Positions 42,382 to 53,632 of a DNA stretch of 64,000 bases are shown here, piece by piece. The position numbers and the translations under genes are program-made. Under the pieces are notes generated by a model. That model saw only the letters and a list, made by a program, of their open reading frames with translations. It was not told where the DNA came from and made no database searches. Source of the stretch: an uncultured Staphylococcaceae bacterium (GTDB lineage: Bacteria; Bacillota_I; Bacilli_A; RFN20; CAG-826); assembly GCA_964639215.1 (NCBI GenBank), contig CAZXCV010000001.1:35168-99167 (forward strand), written 5' to 3'. How positions within the stretch are numbered: position 1 is the stretch's first letter; every line of letters begins with the position of its first letter.

Positions 42382-44065
42382 AGTTATCGATATCAATGAT
42401 AATCGGTATCACAAGCGGTCGCTTGCCTGTTTCTCGACGGATAAAACGCAGCGATTTATCAATGATTTGCTGGCGTGTATCATCAAGTAAAACAAACGAT
42501 TTGCTTAAGTAATCTTGAATTCCTTCTTTATAAATCGCGATTAATTCTTTTAGTACATTTTCTGAGTCTTTAATGAAGACAAAACCCCGCATTTGGATAT
42601 CGGGTCCGGCAATAATCTGTTTTAGTTTTTTCGAGATCGTGATGCCCATCACAATCACGCCATCATCTGCTAATTGTTGCCGTTCGGTAATCACATTGGT
42701 GCGCACATCACCAACACCAAGTCCATCAATCAAAACATCGCCAGTGTTGATGAGATCAAGCTCGTGATTTAAGACACGCGCTTTGCCATCGTTTATCTCA
42801 AGGACCATCCCATTATCCATTAAAAACGTATTTAAATGGTTAAGACCAATTCCCATCGAGACAGCGAGTTTCGCGTTAGCGACGAGTTCGACATATTCAC
42901 CTTTGACCGGCATGTAATATTTTGGTTTTAGTAACGATATCAACGTCTTCAGATCTTCTTCCTGGGCATGCATGCTCGAGATTTTTTTGCGGGTGATATT
43001 GACGACGTTCGCGCCACTACGATAAAGTTCATCAATCGCGTCAGTTGCCAAAATCTCGATACCTGGAGCGCTAGGTGCCGCAGCAATAAACGTGTCTCCG
43101 ACTCTAATTTTTAGGGTCTTGTCTTCATTCTCACCAATAGCAAGAACTCCAATCTTTTTATATATTTCTTCACCCGACCCCATCATTAATATCACGAGAT
43201 CTTGTGGAGGCATCCGCAGATGGTTTTCTCGTAAAATAATTTTATCCTTCGGTAATGTCAAAGAGCCAAATTCCTGGAACGTACGAATGTAATCTTCGGT
43301 TTCCTTATCATAGAAAATAATTTTTTTACCTTGGGAAAATGCATAGTTGATGGCTTCTTCGAGATTATAAACCGACTGGTTATACAGTGCGATAAAAATA
43401 CGCCCCGTCGCCTCTTGGAAAGGAAGTGATAGATGCGGTAGTAGGCGATGATTTGGTGAGGTGTACCCTGGTTTATCGGCGCCACCACTCTCGGTTAACA
43501 GTAAAAGCGTGTCACGTTCGGCAATTTTAGCTAAAGCATTGAAGTCATGCTTATAATTTTTATTGGCATTATGTTCAATAATGAAATCACCAGAATAAAC
43601 GATATTGCCGTAAGGAGTACTTATTGAAAAACCAGAGGTATCCATGATCGAATGAACTGTTTGGAAAAAATCGAACTGATAGCCCGAAATATTGACATGG
43701 TCAGTTGGTTTAATGGGGCGGAATTCGTAGTTAAGGTTTGATTTAAACTTTTCAGAAAACTGTTTAATAAGTGCGATTGTGGCGTTAGAACCATAAATCG
43801 GCGCTGGCACTTTCCGATAGAGGTAGGGAAGTGCCCCCATTTGATCATCGTGACCGTGAGTAATAATATATGCGCGAACGCGGTCTTTGTTCGTGACGAG
43901 ATAGTCAAAGTTAGGAATAATCGCATCGATGCCTGGATGCGTCGCATCGGGATATTTAAGACCGGCTTCAATCACAAATAAATCGTGATTTAAATCGATG
44001 ACAAAGAGACATTTGCCATTTTCGTCGAGGCCGCCTAAAGCGAACACGCGAATGGGTGTAGACAT
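42380..44065 (-). CDS. rnj: ribonuclease J
   Basis: ATG 44065 with a GGAGGA RBS. MSTPIRVFALGGLDENGK...ITHGHDDQMGALPYL, a beta-lactamase/beta-CASP fold. Confidence 0.9.
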   Translation of the reverse strand: MSTPIRVFALGGLDENGKCLFVIDLNHDLFVIEAGLKYPDATHPGIDAIIPNFDYLVTNKDRVRAYIITHGHDDQMGALPYLYRKVPAPIYGSNATIALIKQFSEKFKSNLNYEFRPIKPTDHVNISGYQFDFFQTVHSIMDTSGFSISTPYGNIVYSGDFIIEHNANKNYKHDFNALAKIAERDTLLLLTESGGADKPGYTSPNHRLLPHLSLPFQEATGRIFIALYNQSVYNLEEAINYAFSQGKKIIFYDKETEDYIRTFQEFGSLTLPKDKIILRENHLRMPPQDLVILMMGSGEEIYKKIGVLAIGENEDKTLKIRVGDTFIAAAPSAPGIEILATDAIDELYRSGANVVNITRKKISSMHAQEEDLKTLISLLKPKYYMPVKGEYVELVANAKLAVSMGIGLNHLNTFLMDNGMVLEINDGKARVLNHELDLINTGDVLIDGLGVGDVRTNVITERQQLADDGVIVMGITISKKLKQIIAGPDIQMRGFVFIKDSENVLKELIAIYKEGIQDYLSKSFVLLDDTRQQIIDKSLRFIRRETGKRPLVIPIIIDIDN

Positions 44066-44191
44066 AAGAAATCCTCCAAAACAATATAAATAATCGTGCC
44101 TTATGTTAATAAAGTTAGCATTATTATACAAAACATTCGGATAATTTCAATCAATTAGCAAATAGTTATCACTATTTTCGAACTTGAGACA

Positions 44192-44818
44192 TCATTGCAT
44201 ATTCCCAAGATCAAATGAGTTATCGTCATGAGTTTGATAATTTACGGGTTCATAATAACGCATGCTCATACCATCATCATTGACGAGCACGCGTCGATTC
44301 ATTTTCGTCAAGATGATTGAGACATAATAGTCACCAATCGACCCGGCGATATTTTGTGCTTGAATCACTAGTATCGGCCAATACCAATTGTTAACAGGAC
44401 CACTGACCGATGTGATACATATTAGCAGCAGTGTCAAAATTAAACCCAAAATAGTGACGGGAGCTAGAGCAATCACCATGTACTCGGGACGTGAAAAATA
44501 ACCCCGTTTCATACCGGCATAAGCCGCCCAGACGTGAAAACCGAAATTTATGGGCTCTTTTGCAAAGATTCGCATAAATAATGCATGAACTGCCTCATGA
44601 AGAAAAATGTAAAGGAAGAGTCCGCCAATTATACTTACAAAATGATATGGTTCTAAATCCATCCCATAAGGAATTGGTTTCAATAAAAATCCAAGTCCTA
44701 GAATAATGATAAAAATAACAGCGCTCAAAATATTGAGGAATACAGCGAGACGATGATTGGCTTTGAGATCGATTTCACGCGCGAGTTGGTACTCGGGGGG
44801 CAACAAGTTTTTGCTCAT
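44192..44818 (-). CDS. DUF3267-like membrane zincin (HExxH)
   Basis: 208 aa, polytopic, with an HEAVH motif. Confidence 0.5.
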   Translation of the reverse strand: MSKNLLPPEYQLAREIDLKANHRLAVFLNILSAVIFIIILGLGFLLKPIPYGMDLEPYHFVSIIGGLFLYIFLHEAVHALFMRIFAKEPINFGFHVWAAYAGMKRGYFSRPEYMVIALAPVTILGLILTLLLICITSVSGPVNNWYWPILVIQAQNIAGSIGDYYVSIILTKMNRRVLVNDDGMSMRYYEPVNYQTHDDNSFDLGNMQ

Positions 44819-45168
44819 TTAATGACGCTGCGTGTGGCGATTAAATCAACTTGAAGTCCGAGGATGTTTGAGATGATCACTTGCCGCAACTTTACCGGTG
44901 CACTGACAGTGATTTTATTAAGCTCGGCCATCACCGCAAATATTTGATCTTTCGGGATTTCACCACTTGTTACAACTGGTAAACGCGTGAGTTGCGAACT
45001 GCAAATTTTAACAGTTGAGGCTAGGAGGCGCTTCGGAGCCAATAACTCGGTTTTTCCATAGATAACGCCACGCGGACATCCTTGACCAGTAACATTTAAT
45101 TGCTCATCGACTTGGAGTCGGCAACCTTTCGGACAAACGATGCATATCAATTCTTTGACGTGATTCAT
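44815..45168 (-). CDS. DUF1667 Cys-rich small subunit
   Basis: 117 aa with CIVCPKGC...GQGCPRG. It is the usual third gene in GlpA-like three-gene oxidoreductase clusters. Confidence 0.55.
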   Translation of the reverse strand: MNHVKELICIVCPKGCRLQVDEQLNVTGQGCPRGVIYGKTELLAPKRLLASTVKICSSQLTRLPVVTSGEIPKDQIFAVMAELNKITVSAPVKLRQVIISNILGLQVDLIATRSVIK

Positions 45169-46421
45169 ACGCGCTCCTGAATCGATACCGTTAATGGTAA
45201 ATCGTGAATAAATTCGATTGTTGCTGGTAGCGTGATATTAATCATCTCTGACGGTATGGCGACTTGATGGAATGCTCTTTTAATTATTTTTTCTCCTTGG
45301 GAAATAATCATAAAGACGTTTTTCATTGGCCTAGTTACCCGAAACTTAAGTTCGATCGGTTCATAAATATGCGCTAAGTCAATTCGTTGTGGCACAACAT
45401 AACCGATACCTTTCAGCGGCTGGACATTGATAAATTTCGCATCGATGGTTTTATCTTCAAACACGAATTTAGCCGCCATTTTGCCAGCGATTTTACCTTC
45501 AGATGATACAAAATCAACTAGGTCGTGAACATGGAGCACATTACCGCAACTATACACACCTGGGATATCTGTCTGCAAGTTTTGATCGACTTTTGCCCCA
45601 CGGGTTTTATCGGTAGTCACTGCAAGCTTATCTAATAATTCATTTGATGGAATAAGACCGATTGATAAGAGCAATGTGTCGACTTCAAATTCCATTTCTG
45701 TGCCTAATATTGGTTTAAAAGTCTCATCAACTTGGCTGATGACAATTTTTTCTAGTTTATGTTTACCAATTATTTTGGTGACAGTGTGTGATAAATAAAG
45801 GGGGATATCATAATCAATGAGGCACTGGACAATGTTGCGATTAAGGCCATTACTATATGGCATAATTTCAGCAACACCAAGGACTTTTGCACCTTCAAGT
45901 GTCATCCGTCGCGCCATAATTAGACCAATATCACCACTGCCAAGAATGAAAATTTTCTTACCGACGAGATAACCATCGATGTTTAAATATCGTTGAGCTA
46001 ATCCGGCGGTAATGACACCGCTGGGGCGATCACCAGGTAGGGCAATCGAACCGGCGTTACGTTCATAACACCCAGTGGCTAAAATTACTGTTTTCGCTAT
46101 AATTTCAACGATGCCTTCGCTAGCATTTGAATAAGTAATAACCTTATCTTCCGTCATGTTCATGACCATAGTCTCAAGCCGATATGCAATGCCTCGATTC
46201 GTTAAAGCATCGATAAACCGTTCGGCATATTCTGGACCTGTCAATTGTTCTTTGAACTCTTGGAGGCCGAAGCCAGGGTGAATGCACTGATTCAAAATAC
46301 CACCAAGAAAACTATCTTTTTCCAATACCAAAATATCACGTAATCCCGCATCATAGGCGCTTGTAGCAGCGGCCAAACCAGCAGAACCACCACCGATTAT
46401 GACTAAATCAATCGTTTTCAT
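45165..46421 (-). CDS. NAD(P)/FAD-dependent pyridine-nucleotide-disulfide-type oxidoreductase
   Basis: 418 aa with an N-terminal VIIGGGSAGLAAA Rossmann fold and a second GSGDIGL dinucleotide motif. Confidence 0.65.
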   Translation of the reverse strand: MKTIDLVIIGGGSAGLAAATSAYDAGLRDILVLEKDSFLGGILNQCIHPGFGLQEFKEQLTGPEYAERFIDALTNRGIAYRLETMVMNMTEDKVITYSNASEGIVEIIAKTVILATGCYERNAGSIALPGDRPSGVITAGLAQRYLNIDGYLVGKKIFILGSGDIGLIMARRMTLEGAKVLGVAEIMPYSNGLNRNIVQCLIDYDIPLYLSHTVTKIIGKHKLEKIVISQVDETFKPILGTEMEFEVDTLLLSIGLIPSNELLDKLAVTTDKTRGAKVDQNLQTDIPGVYSCGNVLHVHDLVDFVSSEGKIAGKMAAKFVFEDKTIDAKFINVQPLKGIGYVVPQRIDLAHIYEPIELKFRVTRPMKNVFMIISQGEKIIKRAFHQVAIPSEMINITLPATIEFIHDLPLTVSIQERV

Positions 46422-47880
46422 TATGGTGACTTCCTTTGGTCGCTTCTTTTAAAATAAACGTGCTTTCGGCATCATAGAGAATTGCTTGCTCGCTGACACC
46501 ATAGTGATCGGCAAGGATTTTAACGACCAATGGTTGGCAAAAACCTCCTTGGCATCGGCCAAAACCAGCACGTGTCCGTTTCTTGACAGCTTTGATTGAA
46601 TGCGGAGGGCAGCTTCGTGATAGGGCATCGCGAATATGTCCTTCAGATACCATTTCACAGCGGCACACCAAATGACCAAAGCTTGGATCTACTTGAATGA
46701 GTGCGGTTATTTCTTCTTTACTCATGCGATTAAAGCGATATTGAGGTCTAATATATGGATTAAAATTTGGGTTAAAAACTAAATTAATCCGTTTCGATAC
46801 ATATTCGTTGATAACATATTCAGCAATTGCCGGAGCTGAAGCTAATCCGGGTGACTCAATCCCCGCCACATTAATGAAATTGGGATGCCCAGGTGCGGGT
46901 TCGATAATAAAATCACCCGTTGTCGGTGTCGCTCGTAACCCAGAAAATGTGCGAATGACTTTATCAAATGGTAGCTTGGGTACGAGTTTCAGTGCTTGTT
47001 CTTTGATGAAATCCATCGTTTCCTTGTCGGTTCCTAAATCATCGCGATCATCAATATAATTGCTATTGGGACCAACGAGGTAGTTATAAGAATATGATGA
47101 TGTGACGACGATTCCTTTGCCGCGTTCGTCAGGAACTGGAAAAATAATGTGCTTAATGAAATCGTTGTCAAAATGATCAAAGACAAAATACGAACCTTTA
47201 CGAGGTTTAATAGCAAAATCATTCGGTCCAAGCATTTCTGAAACAAGGTCGGCATTTACTCCGGTGGCGTTGATGATAATCTGGCCATCATGGACTGCCT
47301 TATTCGTCTTGATTCGGTAACCAGTGGCAAGTGGTGTGATTCCAAGAACTGTTTCATTGAGAAACAATTGAACCCCATGGTCAATCGCGTTTTCCATTAA
47401 ATTGACGACAAGTTCAAACGGGTCGATAATGCCAGCAGTCGGAGCATATAAAGCGTAGGCGACATCTGCAGCTAACTGTGGTTCGATTCGATGTATCTCT
47501 TCAGCGTTTAAAATATGCGTGGTGACACCGTTTTGACGTCCGCGTGCTTGAAGTTCTTCAAGTACGCATCGCTCGTGCGGATTTCGCGTTACCGTCAAAC
47601 TCCCAATCCGACGAAAAGTAACATCAAGCTCTTGACAGACGAGATCATAAAGTTCATTACCACGGACATTCAAACGAGCTTTTAAAGAACCGGGTTCGGG
47701 GTCATAGCCGCTATGGATGAGGGCGGAATTAGCCATCGAGGTAAAATTTCCGACATCATTTTCTTTATCGATCACAATGATATCGAGGTGATAACGCGCC
47801 AGTTCGCGGGCAATGAATGCACCACTAACGCCGGCTCCAAGAATAACAATATCATGCATAAGAAAATACCTCTTAATCAT
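46408..47880 (-). CDS. FAD-dependent oxidoreductase, GlpA/GlpO-like, with a C-terminal BFD-like [2Fe-2S] domain
   Basis: 490 aa with IVILGAGVSGAFIA and a C-terminal CRCEMVSEG...CQGGFC. Confidence 0.65.
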   Translation of the reverse strand: MIKRYFLMHDIVILGAGVSGAFIARELARYHLDIIVIDKENDVGNFTSMANSALIHSGYDPEPGSLKARLNVRGNELYDLVCQELDVTFRRIGSLTVTRNPHERCVLEELQARGRQNGVTTHILNAEEIHRIEPQLAADVAYALYAPTAGIIDPFELVVNLMENAIDHGVQLFLNETVLGITPLATGYRIKTNKAVHDGQIIINATGVNADLVSEMLGPNDFAIKPRKGSYFVFDHFDNDFIKHIIFPVPDERGKGIVVTSSYSYNYLVGPNSNYIDDRDDLGTDKETMDFIKEQALKLVPKLPFDKVIRTFSGLRATPTTGDFIIEPAPGHPNFINVAGIESPGLASAPAIAEYVINEYVSKRINLVFNPNFNPYIRPQYRFNRMSKEEITALIQVDPSFGHLVCRCEMVSEGHIRDALSRSCPPHSIKAVKKRTRAGFGRCQGGFCQPLVVKILADHYGVSEQAILYDAESTFILKEATKGSHHNEND

Positions 47881-47910
47881 GATATTACCATTATTGAATT
47901 TGAGATTAAA

Positions 47911-47934
47911 TAAAAAAGGTTAGCATTGCTAACC
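47911..47934 (-). terminator. Rho-independent terminator after pnp
   Basis: GGTTAGC-att-GCTAACC hairpin followed on the minus strand by TTTTTTA. Confidence 0.7.
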
Positions 47935-47944
47935 TTAATCTAAG

Positions 47945-50065
47945 TTATTTTTTCTCAGTAAATTCTTTATGAGATAAGGCAACTCGGCCTTTTTCATCAA
48001 TTTCGACAACACGAACTTTTAGTGTTTGGCCAAGTTTGACGACATCTTTCGGATGTTCAACACGGTTATGAGCGAGGCGTGATACGTGAACCATACCGTC
48101 AACATCGCCGAACAAATTAACAAAGCAACCATAAGCTTCGATTCTGACGACGCGACCTTCATAAATCTCACCGATTTTCGCTTCTTTTGTCAAAGCTTCA
48201 ATCATTTTCGCGGCTTTATTAATCGGTTCGCGATCTTGGTGATAAATCATCACACGGCCATCTTGCTCAATGTCAATTTTTACTTGATCACATTTTTCGA
48301 TAATGTCGTTAATGACTTTGCCACCAGGACCAATCACATCGCGAATCTTATCAATTGAAATACGCATTTGATACAGTTTCGGGGCGTATTTGCCAACTTC
48401 TTCGCGTGGGCTATTAATTGTGGCGTTCATTGTTTCAAGAATTTTCGTGCGCGCTTGATGAGCTTGGGCGAGTGCCTCTTGGAGCACATCACGGGTAATA
48501 CCGCGGATTTTAATGTCCATCTGTAAGGCGGTAATACCACTCTTAGTGCCAGCAACCTTAAAGTCCATATCACCAAAGTGATCTTCAAGCCCTTGAATGT
48601 CGGTGAGAATCGTGTAAGGATGTTTGCCATCAAGTGGACCACTCGTGATTAAACCCATGGCAATGCCACTGACAGCGTCTTTGATTGGGACGCCAGCCGC
48701 CATTAATGCCATTGATGAAGCACAAATACTTGCTTGTGATGAAGAGCCATTGCTCTCGACAACTTCGGACACTAAACGAATCGTATATGGAAATTTTTCT
48801 TCACTTGGAATCACGTAGCTTAAGGCGCGTTCTCCTAAGGCACCATGGCCAATTTCACGACGACCGGGTGAACCGGTACGACCAACTTCACCGACCGAGA
48901 ATGGTGGGAAATTATAATGATGCATAAAGCGTTTGCTGTCTTCAAGCGAAAGATTGTCAATAATTTGGACATCGTTGAGTGAGGCGAGTGTTGCCACAGA
49001 GATGACTTGGGTTTGACCGCGTGTAAACATCGCTGATCCATGAACGCGGGGTAACAAGTCGACTTGAGCATGCAATGGGCGAATTTCATCGATTTTACGA
49101 CCATCAGGGCGAGTTTTTTCTTCGGTAATTAATCGTCGTACTTCGTCTGAAACGATGAGTTCTAATATTTCTTTGACTTGCTTAACGGTTAGATCTCTTG
49201 TTTTTTCATCTTTATAAGTCTGATTTTCGTATCCAGCAATAACTTCTGCTTGAATATCTTCGATTGCATTTTGTCGTTCAAGTTTATCGAAAATCGAAAT
49301 CGCTTTAACTAAGCGAGCTTGCGCGGATGTCCGTACAGCAGCTTCGAGTGAAGCATCAATTTTATATAATTCGATTTCCCGTTTTGGAACTCCGATTTTT
49401 TCGATGATTTCAAGTTGGAACGCACACAGTTTCTTAATCGCGGCATGACCGACCATCATCGCTTCAAGCATCGCTTCTTCAGAAACTTCTTTTGCACCCG
49501 CTTCGACCATGTTGATGGCGTCCATCGTTCCAGCGATTGCCAGATGGATATCGCTTAACTCATTTTGTTCTAAGGTTGGATTAATCACAAATTGTCCGTC
49601 AATTCTCCCAACATAAACACCAGCGACTGGACCATCAAATGGAATGTTTGAAATACCGAGTGCAAGCGATGAGCCAAATAGGGCGCTCATCTCTGGCGTG
49701 CAGTTTAAATCGACGCTCAGTACAGTATTAATCAGTTGTACTTCGTTGCGGAAACCTTCGCTGAATAATGGACGAATAGGGCGATCAATCATTCGCGCTG
49801 ATAGCGTCGCGTGTTCACCGGGGCGCCCTTCACGTCGGAGAAATGATCCTGGAATTTTTCCTAACGCATATTGTTTTTCTTCATAGACAACCGTCAATGG
49901 GAAGAAATCCCCATCTTTCGGTAATTTACTAGCAACCGCTGTTGCCAGAATCACGGTATCTTCATAGCGCACCATGACCGCGCCATCGGCCTGCTTCGCG
50001 ATTTCACCCGTCTCGATGACAATGCGCCGGCCTTCGAACTCCAGTTCGAATGTTTGTTTAGACAT
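47945..50065 (-). CDS. pnp: polyribonucleotide nucleotidyltransferase (PNPase)
   Basis: 706 aa with two RNase PH domains, a KH domain and an S1 domain. Confidence 0.95.
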   Translation of the reverse strand: MSKQTFELEFEGRRIVIETGEIAKQADGAVMVRYEDTVILATAVASKLPKDGDFFPLTVVYEEKQYALGKIPGSFLRREGRPGEHATLSARMIDRPIRPLFSEGFRNEVQLINTVLSVDLNCTPEMSALFGSSLALGISNIPFDGPVAGVYVGRIDGQFVINPTLEQNELSDIHLAIAGTMDAINMVEAGAKEVSEEAMLEAMMVGHAAIKKLCAFQLEIIEKIGVPKREIELYKIDASLEAAVRTSAQARLVKAISIFDKLERQNAIEDIQAEVIAGYENQTYKDEKTRDLTVKQVKEILELIVSDEVRRLITEEKTRPDGRKIDEIRPLHAQVDLLPRVHGSAMFTRGQTQVISVATLASLNDVQIIDNLSLEDSKRFMHHYNFPPFSVGEVGRTGSPGRREIGHGALGERALSYVIPSEEKFPYTIRLVSEVVESNGSSSQASICASSMALMAAGVPIKDAVSGIAMGLITSGPLDGKHPYTILTDIQGLEDHFGDMDFKVAGTKSGITALQMDIKIRGITRDVLQEALAQAHQARTKILETMNATINSPREEVGKYAPKLYQMRISIDKIRDVIGPGGKVINDIIEKCDQVKIDIEQDGRVMIYHQDREPINKAAKMIEALTKEAKIGEIYEGRVVRIEAYGCFVNLFGDVDGMVHVSRLAHNRVEHPKDVVKLGQTLKVRVVEIDEKGRVALSHKEFTEKK

Positions 50066-50137
50066 ACTTTACCTCTTTCAATGTTTTTAACTTTGTTATT
50101 ATACCAAATTGCTAGACATATATATGAAATATATGTG

Positions 50138-51355
50138 TTATTTTTCAACACTCACCAATTTCGTCAGAATCGTAACCATCGCTTCCATTTGTTCAACGAC
50201 GACTAGTTCAAATTTACTATGGGCATGATAGCCACCTGTTCCTAAATTCGGACATGGAATGCCAAGATATGTCAAGGTCGCTCCATCAGTACCGCCACGA
50301 ATTGGAGCTGATTGGACGGCAATATCACACGCCTCAAACGCTGCGTAAGCCCGCTTCAATACCTCAGGATGCTGCTCAATTAAAGGGCGCATGTTACGAT
50401 ACCCTGGTTTGATTGAAACTCGGCAAACTTCTTTATCATATTTTTTATTTAAAACATGTGCGGCTCTTAAGAAATTGTGCTGCTGCTGTAATAAGATTTT
50501 TTCATCGTGATTGCGCAGAATATATTGAGCGTGCGCTTGTTCAACCGTACCGCCAGAACTAACGAGATGATGAAAGCCTTCATACTCTTCAGTCATACTT
50601 GGTATCATTCGTTCAGGTAATAGGGCATTAAATTCCATTGCTACTAACTGGGCATTAATTAAACGGCCTTTTCCATATCCTGGATGAATCGCCGCGCCTT
50701 GAAATGACACCTCAGCGCTCGAAGCATTGAAGTTTTCATAGTTAAGCTGCCGAATATCGCCACCATCAATGGTATAAGCATAGTCAGCTCCAAACTTTGT
50801 AACGTCAAAATGAGCAACGCCACGGCCAATTTCTTCATCAGGTGTAAAAGCAATCCGTAGTGGCCCGTGCATGATTGATGGATGAGATTTTAGATAACTG
50901 AGCATTTCGATGATGATGGCTATCCCAGCTTTATCATCGGCTCCTAGTAGCGTCGTGCCATCGGTCACGACGAGTGTTTGTCCATATAACTGGGGCATGT
51001 GTGGCAAGTCCTTAATATCCAAGATAATGTTTAGTACTTCATTTAAAACAATCGATTGTCCATCGTAATTGTTAATGACACGCGGTTTAACTGGCGCTCC
51101 GGGCATTTCTAAAGCGGTATCCACATGGGCGAGTAATCCGATAATTGGATGTGCTGGACCACCATTAGATGGTAATTCACCATAGAGAGTACCGAAATGA
51201 TCGAGCTGGACCTTAATGAGTCCCAGTTGTTTTAATTCGCTTTCGAGTAACCGTAATAAATTAAGCTGCTTGGCGGTACTCGGTGTTGTTTTGCTCATGT
51301 CGTCAGCTTGCGTATCGATTTGGACATATGTTAAAAATCGTTCGAGGATTGTCAT
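50138..51355 (-). CDS. pepT: peptidase T (tripeptide aminopeptidase, M20B)
   Basis: ATG 51355 with an AGGAGA RBS. MTILERFLTYVQIDTQADD...LLAHVDT. Confidence 0.8.
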   Translation of the reverse strand: MTILERFLTYVQIDTQADDMSKTTPSTAKQLNLLRLLESELKQLGLIKVQLDHFGTLYGELPSNGGPAHPIIGLLAHVDTALEMPGAPVKPRVINNYDGQSIVLNEVLNIILDIKDLPHMPQLYGQTLVVTDGTTLLGADDKAGIAIIIEMLSYLKSHPSIMHGPLRIAFTPDEEIGRGVAHFDVTKFGADYAYTIDGGDIRQLNYENFNASSAEVSFQGAAIHPGYGKGRLINAQLVAMEFNALLPERMIPSMTEEYEGFHHLVSSGGTVEQAHAQYILRNHDEKILLQQQHNFLRAAHVLNKKYDKEVCRVSIKPGYRNMRPLIEQHPEVLKRAYAAFEACDIAVQSAPIRGGTDGATLTYLGIPCPNLGTGGYHAHSKFELVVVEQMEAMVTILTKLVSVEK

Positions 51356-51392
51356 CGTATTTCTCCTAGCAATATTGTAACGGAAACGCGGA

Positions 51393-51415
51393 ATATAAAT
51401 ACAAAAAAAGACCAT
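51393..51415 (-). terminator. Rho-independent terminator after rpsO
   Basis: AAGACCA-tttc-TGGTCTT hairpin followed on the minus strand by a T-run. Confidence 0.7.
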
Positions 51416-51430
51416 TTCTGGTCTTCATTG

Positions 51431-51700
51431 TTACTTACGTAAATTGAGTTTTTCGAGTACGGTTAAGTACTTGGCGCGATCGGTTCGGGCTAAGTAGTCT
51501 AATAAGCCCCGACGTTTTCCAACGAGCACCAATAAGCCGCGGCGGCCATGGTGATCTTTCTGATGGATGCGTAAGTGTCCTGTCAGCTCGTTGATTTGTT
51601 CAGTCATCAAGGCGATTTGGACAGCGGGTGAACCGGTATCCTTTTCATCGATGCCAAACTGTTTGACGAGTTCAGCGACTTTTTCTTTCGTTAAAGCCAT
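51431..51700 (-). CDS. rpsO: 30S ribosomal protein S15
   Basis: 89 aa, [15 protein letters not shown]... Confidence 0.95.
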   Translation of the reverse strand: MALTKEKVAELVKQFGIDEKDTGSPAVQIALMTEQINELTGHLRIHQKDHHGRRGLLVLVGKRRGLLDYLARTDRAKYLTVLEKLNLRK

Positions 51701-51781
51701 CGTTTTTCCTCCTATCTATATCTTGACGCGCCCCATGGATAGCATTGAGGAAGCGCTATTCATAGAAACGGTTGCTCGTAT

Positions 51782-51809
51782 ATTGTAACGAATAATATAA
51801 AAAATTCAA
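51782..51809 (-). promoter_or_regulatory. candidate sigma-A promoter of rpsO
   Basis: Minus strand: TTGAAT, a 16 nt spacer, then TACAAT. Confidence 0.45.
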
Positions 51810-51815
51810 GTAAAA

Positions 51816-52724
51816 CTAACGGAATAGCTGTGGTTTTAATTGAAGCACGTCACGTTCATCGATTTTCATTTGTTCAATTAAGTGTGATACTGAATCAAAT
51901 GTCACTTCGGGACGCATGAACTGCAGTAATTCAACCGTAACATGGCGACGGTAAATTTTCTTATTAAAATTAAAAATATGAACTTCTAGTAATGGTTTTT
52001 GTAACGGACTGATGGTCGGATGATACCCGACACTACTCATCGAGTAATAACGGTGATCTCCGATCGTAATTGCTGTGGCATATACGCCATTAAGTGGTAA
52101 AACATAATTAGCAGATAATGCAATATTTGCCGTGGGAAACCCAAATTTTTTGCCATTACCATGACCTTTTACGACCGTCCCCGTCAAGGCGTAAGGGCGT
52201 CCGAGCATGCGATTCGTGACGTTAATATTGCCGTATTGGAGATGTTTGATTATTCGAGAACTTGAAATTTTACTGCCATCTTCATGAACCTCGGGTACAA
52301 TCGTAGCCACGAAATCACGTCCAAGTCCATATTTGAGCATGTTCGTGTCGCCGCTAGCTTGATAACCAAAGCGGAAATCAGGACCGCAAAAAACTTTTTT
52401 AACTCGCAATCGATTGAGTGCCTCGATGAATGCCTCAGCGCTCATAGACTTTACCGTTTGATCGAAGACAACGAGTAATGTCGTCTTCACTCCATATGAT
52501 TCAAAAATCTTCAGTCGATCTTCGACAGTTGTTAATAACGGCGTTCCTAACTTCGCTTTGGGTGACCGATCGAATGTTAAGATTGCCAACTCGAGCTTTG
52601 AAGCTTTTGCAGCTTCAATCAAGGCGAGATGACCACGATGGACACCATCAAAAAAACCGAGGCATAATGCGGTATCTTTTTCAAATGGCGTAATGTTCGT
52701 TAAGTTAGTAATAACGACGTTCAA
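51816..52724 (-). CDS. ribF: bifunctional riboflavin kinase / FMN adenylyltransferase
   Basis: 302 aa with GFFDGVHRGHLALI. Confidence 0.9.
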   Translation of the reverse strand: MNVVITNLTNITPFEKDTALCLGFFDGVHRGHLALIEAAKASKLELAILTFDRSPKAKLGTPLLTTVEDRLKIFESYGVKTTLLVVFDQTVKSMSAEAFIEALNRLRVKKVFCGPDFRFGYQASGDTNMLKYGLGRDFVATIVPEVHEDGSKISSSRIIKHLQYGNINVTNRMLGRPYALTGTVVKGHGNGKKFGFPTANIALSANYVLPLNGVYATAITIGDHRYYSMSSVGYHPTISPLQKPLLEVHIFNFNKKIYRRHVTVELLQFMRPEVTFDSVSHLIEQMKIDERDVLQLKPQLFR

Positions 52725-52726
52725 AT

Positions 52727-53578
52727 TTAAAATAGTCCTCTTTCGCTATAATAAAGCCCCGATTGTTGCCGCTTGTAAACCGCTAACACTTCATGTGCTG
52801 GACTGATGACAAGCACCGTTTCTTCGGGATGGCTGAATAGTTGTGGTTTCCCATCTTTGATGTCTTTGACAATATCTTCCTTGACAACGATTTGGGGCAT
52901 AAACGCTAACCCTTCGTAGACTGAGCGCACGGCCTGTGGTGCCAAGTTGTCTAAGGTGACGGCATCCTCAACCACAAATGGTCCGACTTTCAACCGTCGT
53001 AATTCACTGAGGTGGCCGACCATCCCAAGTTTTTTGGCGATGTCTTCACCAAGCGTACGCATGTATGTTCCTTTAGATACGGTCGCCTTAAACGTAATCT
53101 CATCGCTTGTTAAGGTGATAAGAGCGATGTCATAAACGTGAATATGTCGTGGTTCTCGTTCAAGCGTCTCCCCTTTATGAGCGTATTTATATAAAGGAAC
53201 ACCAGCAACTTTTAAGGCCGAATGCATCGGAGGAGTTTGTAAGCTATCACCAAGAAACATCGATAACGTTTCGCTAACATAATAGTCAAACAGGGGATAT
53301 ATTTCTGAAGTAGTCGTGATCTTACCCGTCAAATCGCCACTATCTGTTTGTGATCCTAACTTAATTGTCGCCACGTAAGTTTTTTCTAACGCCTCTAAAT
53401 ATGGTCCAGCTTTGGTACCTTTGCCGAGCGTTACGACAAGGAGACCAGTGGCAAACGGGTCAAGACTACCAGTATGGCCAATCTTTTTCATATCAAAGCG
53501 TTTTGTTAAGGTATCGACGACGTCGCGCGAGGTAATTCCACGCGGTTTATCAATTAATATAAAACCATCCATTATCAT
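52727..53578 (-). CDS. truB: tRNA pseudouridine(55) synthase
   Basis: ILIDKPRGITSRDVV...GHTGSLDPFATGLL. The start is at 53578 or 53572. Confidence 0.9.
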   Translation of the reverse strand: MIMDGFILIDKPRGITSRDVVDTLTKRFDMKKIGHTGSLDPFATGLLVVTLGKGTKAGPYLEALEKTYVATIKLGSQTDSGDLTGKITTTSEIYPLFDYYVSETLSMFLGDSLQTPPMHSALKVAGVPLYKYAHKGETLEREPRHIHVYDIALITLTSDEITFKATVSKGTYMRTLGEDIAKKLGMVGHLSELRRLKVGPFVVEDAVTLDNLAPQAVRSVYEGLAFMPQIVVKEDIVKDIKDGKPQLFSHPEETVLVISPAHEVLAVYKRQQSGLYYSERGLF

Positions 53579-53632
53579 TGTTCCCCGTTTCGTGTATATT
53601 ATAATAGTTTTAACTATAAATAACATTTAATT

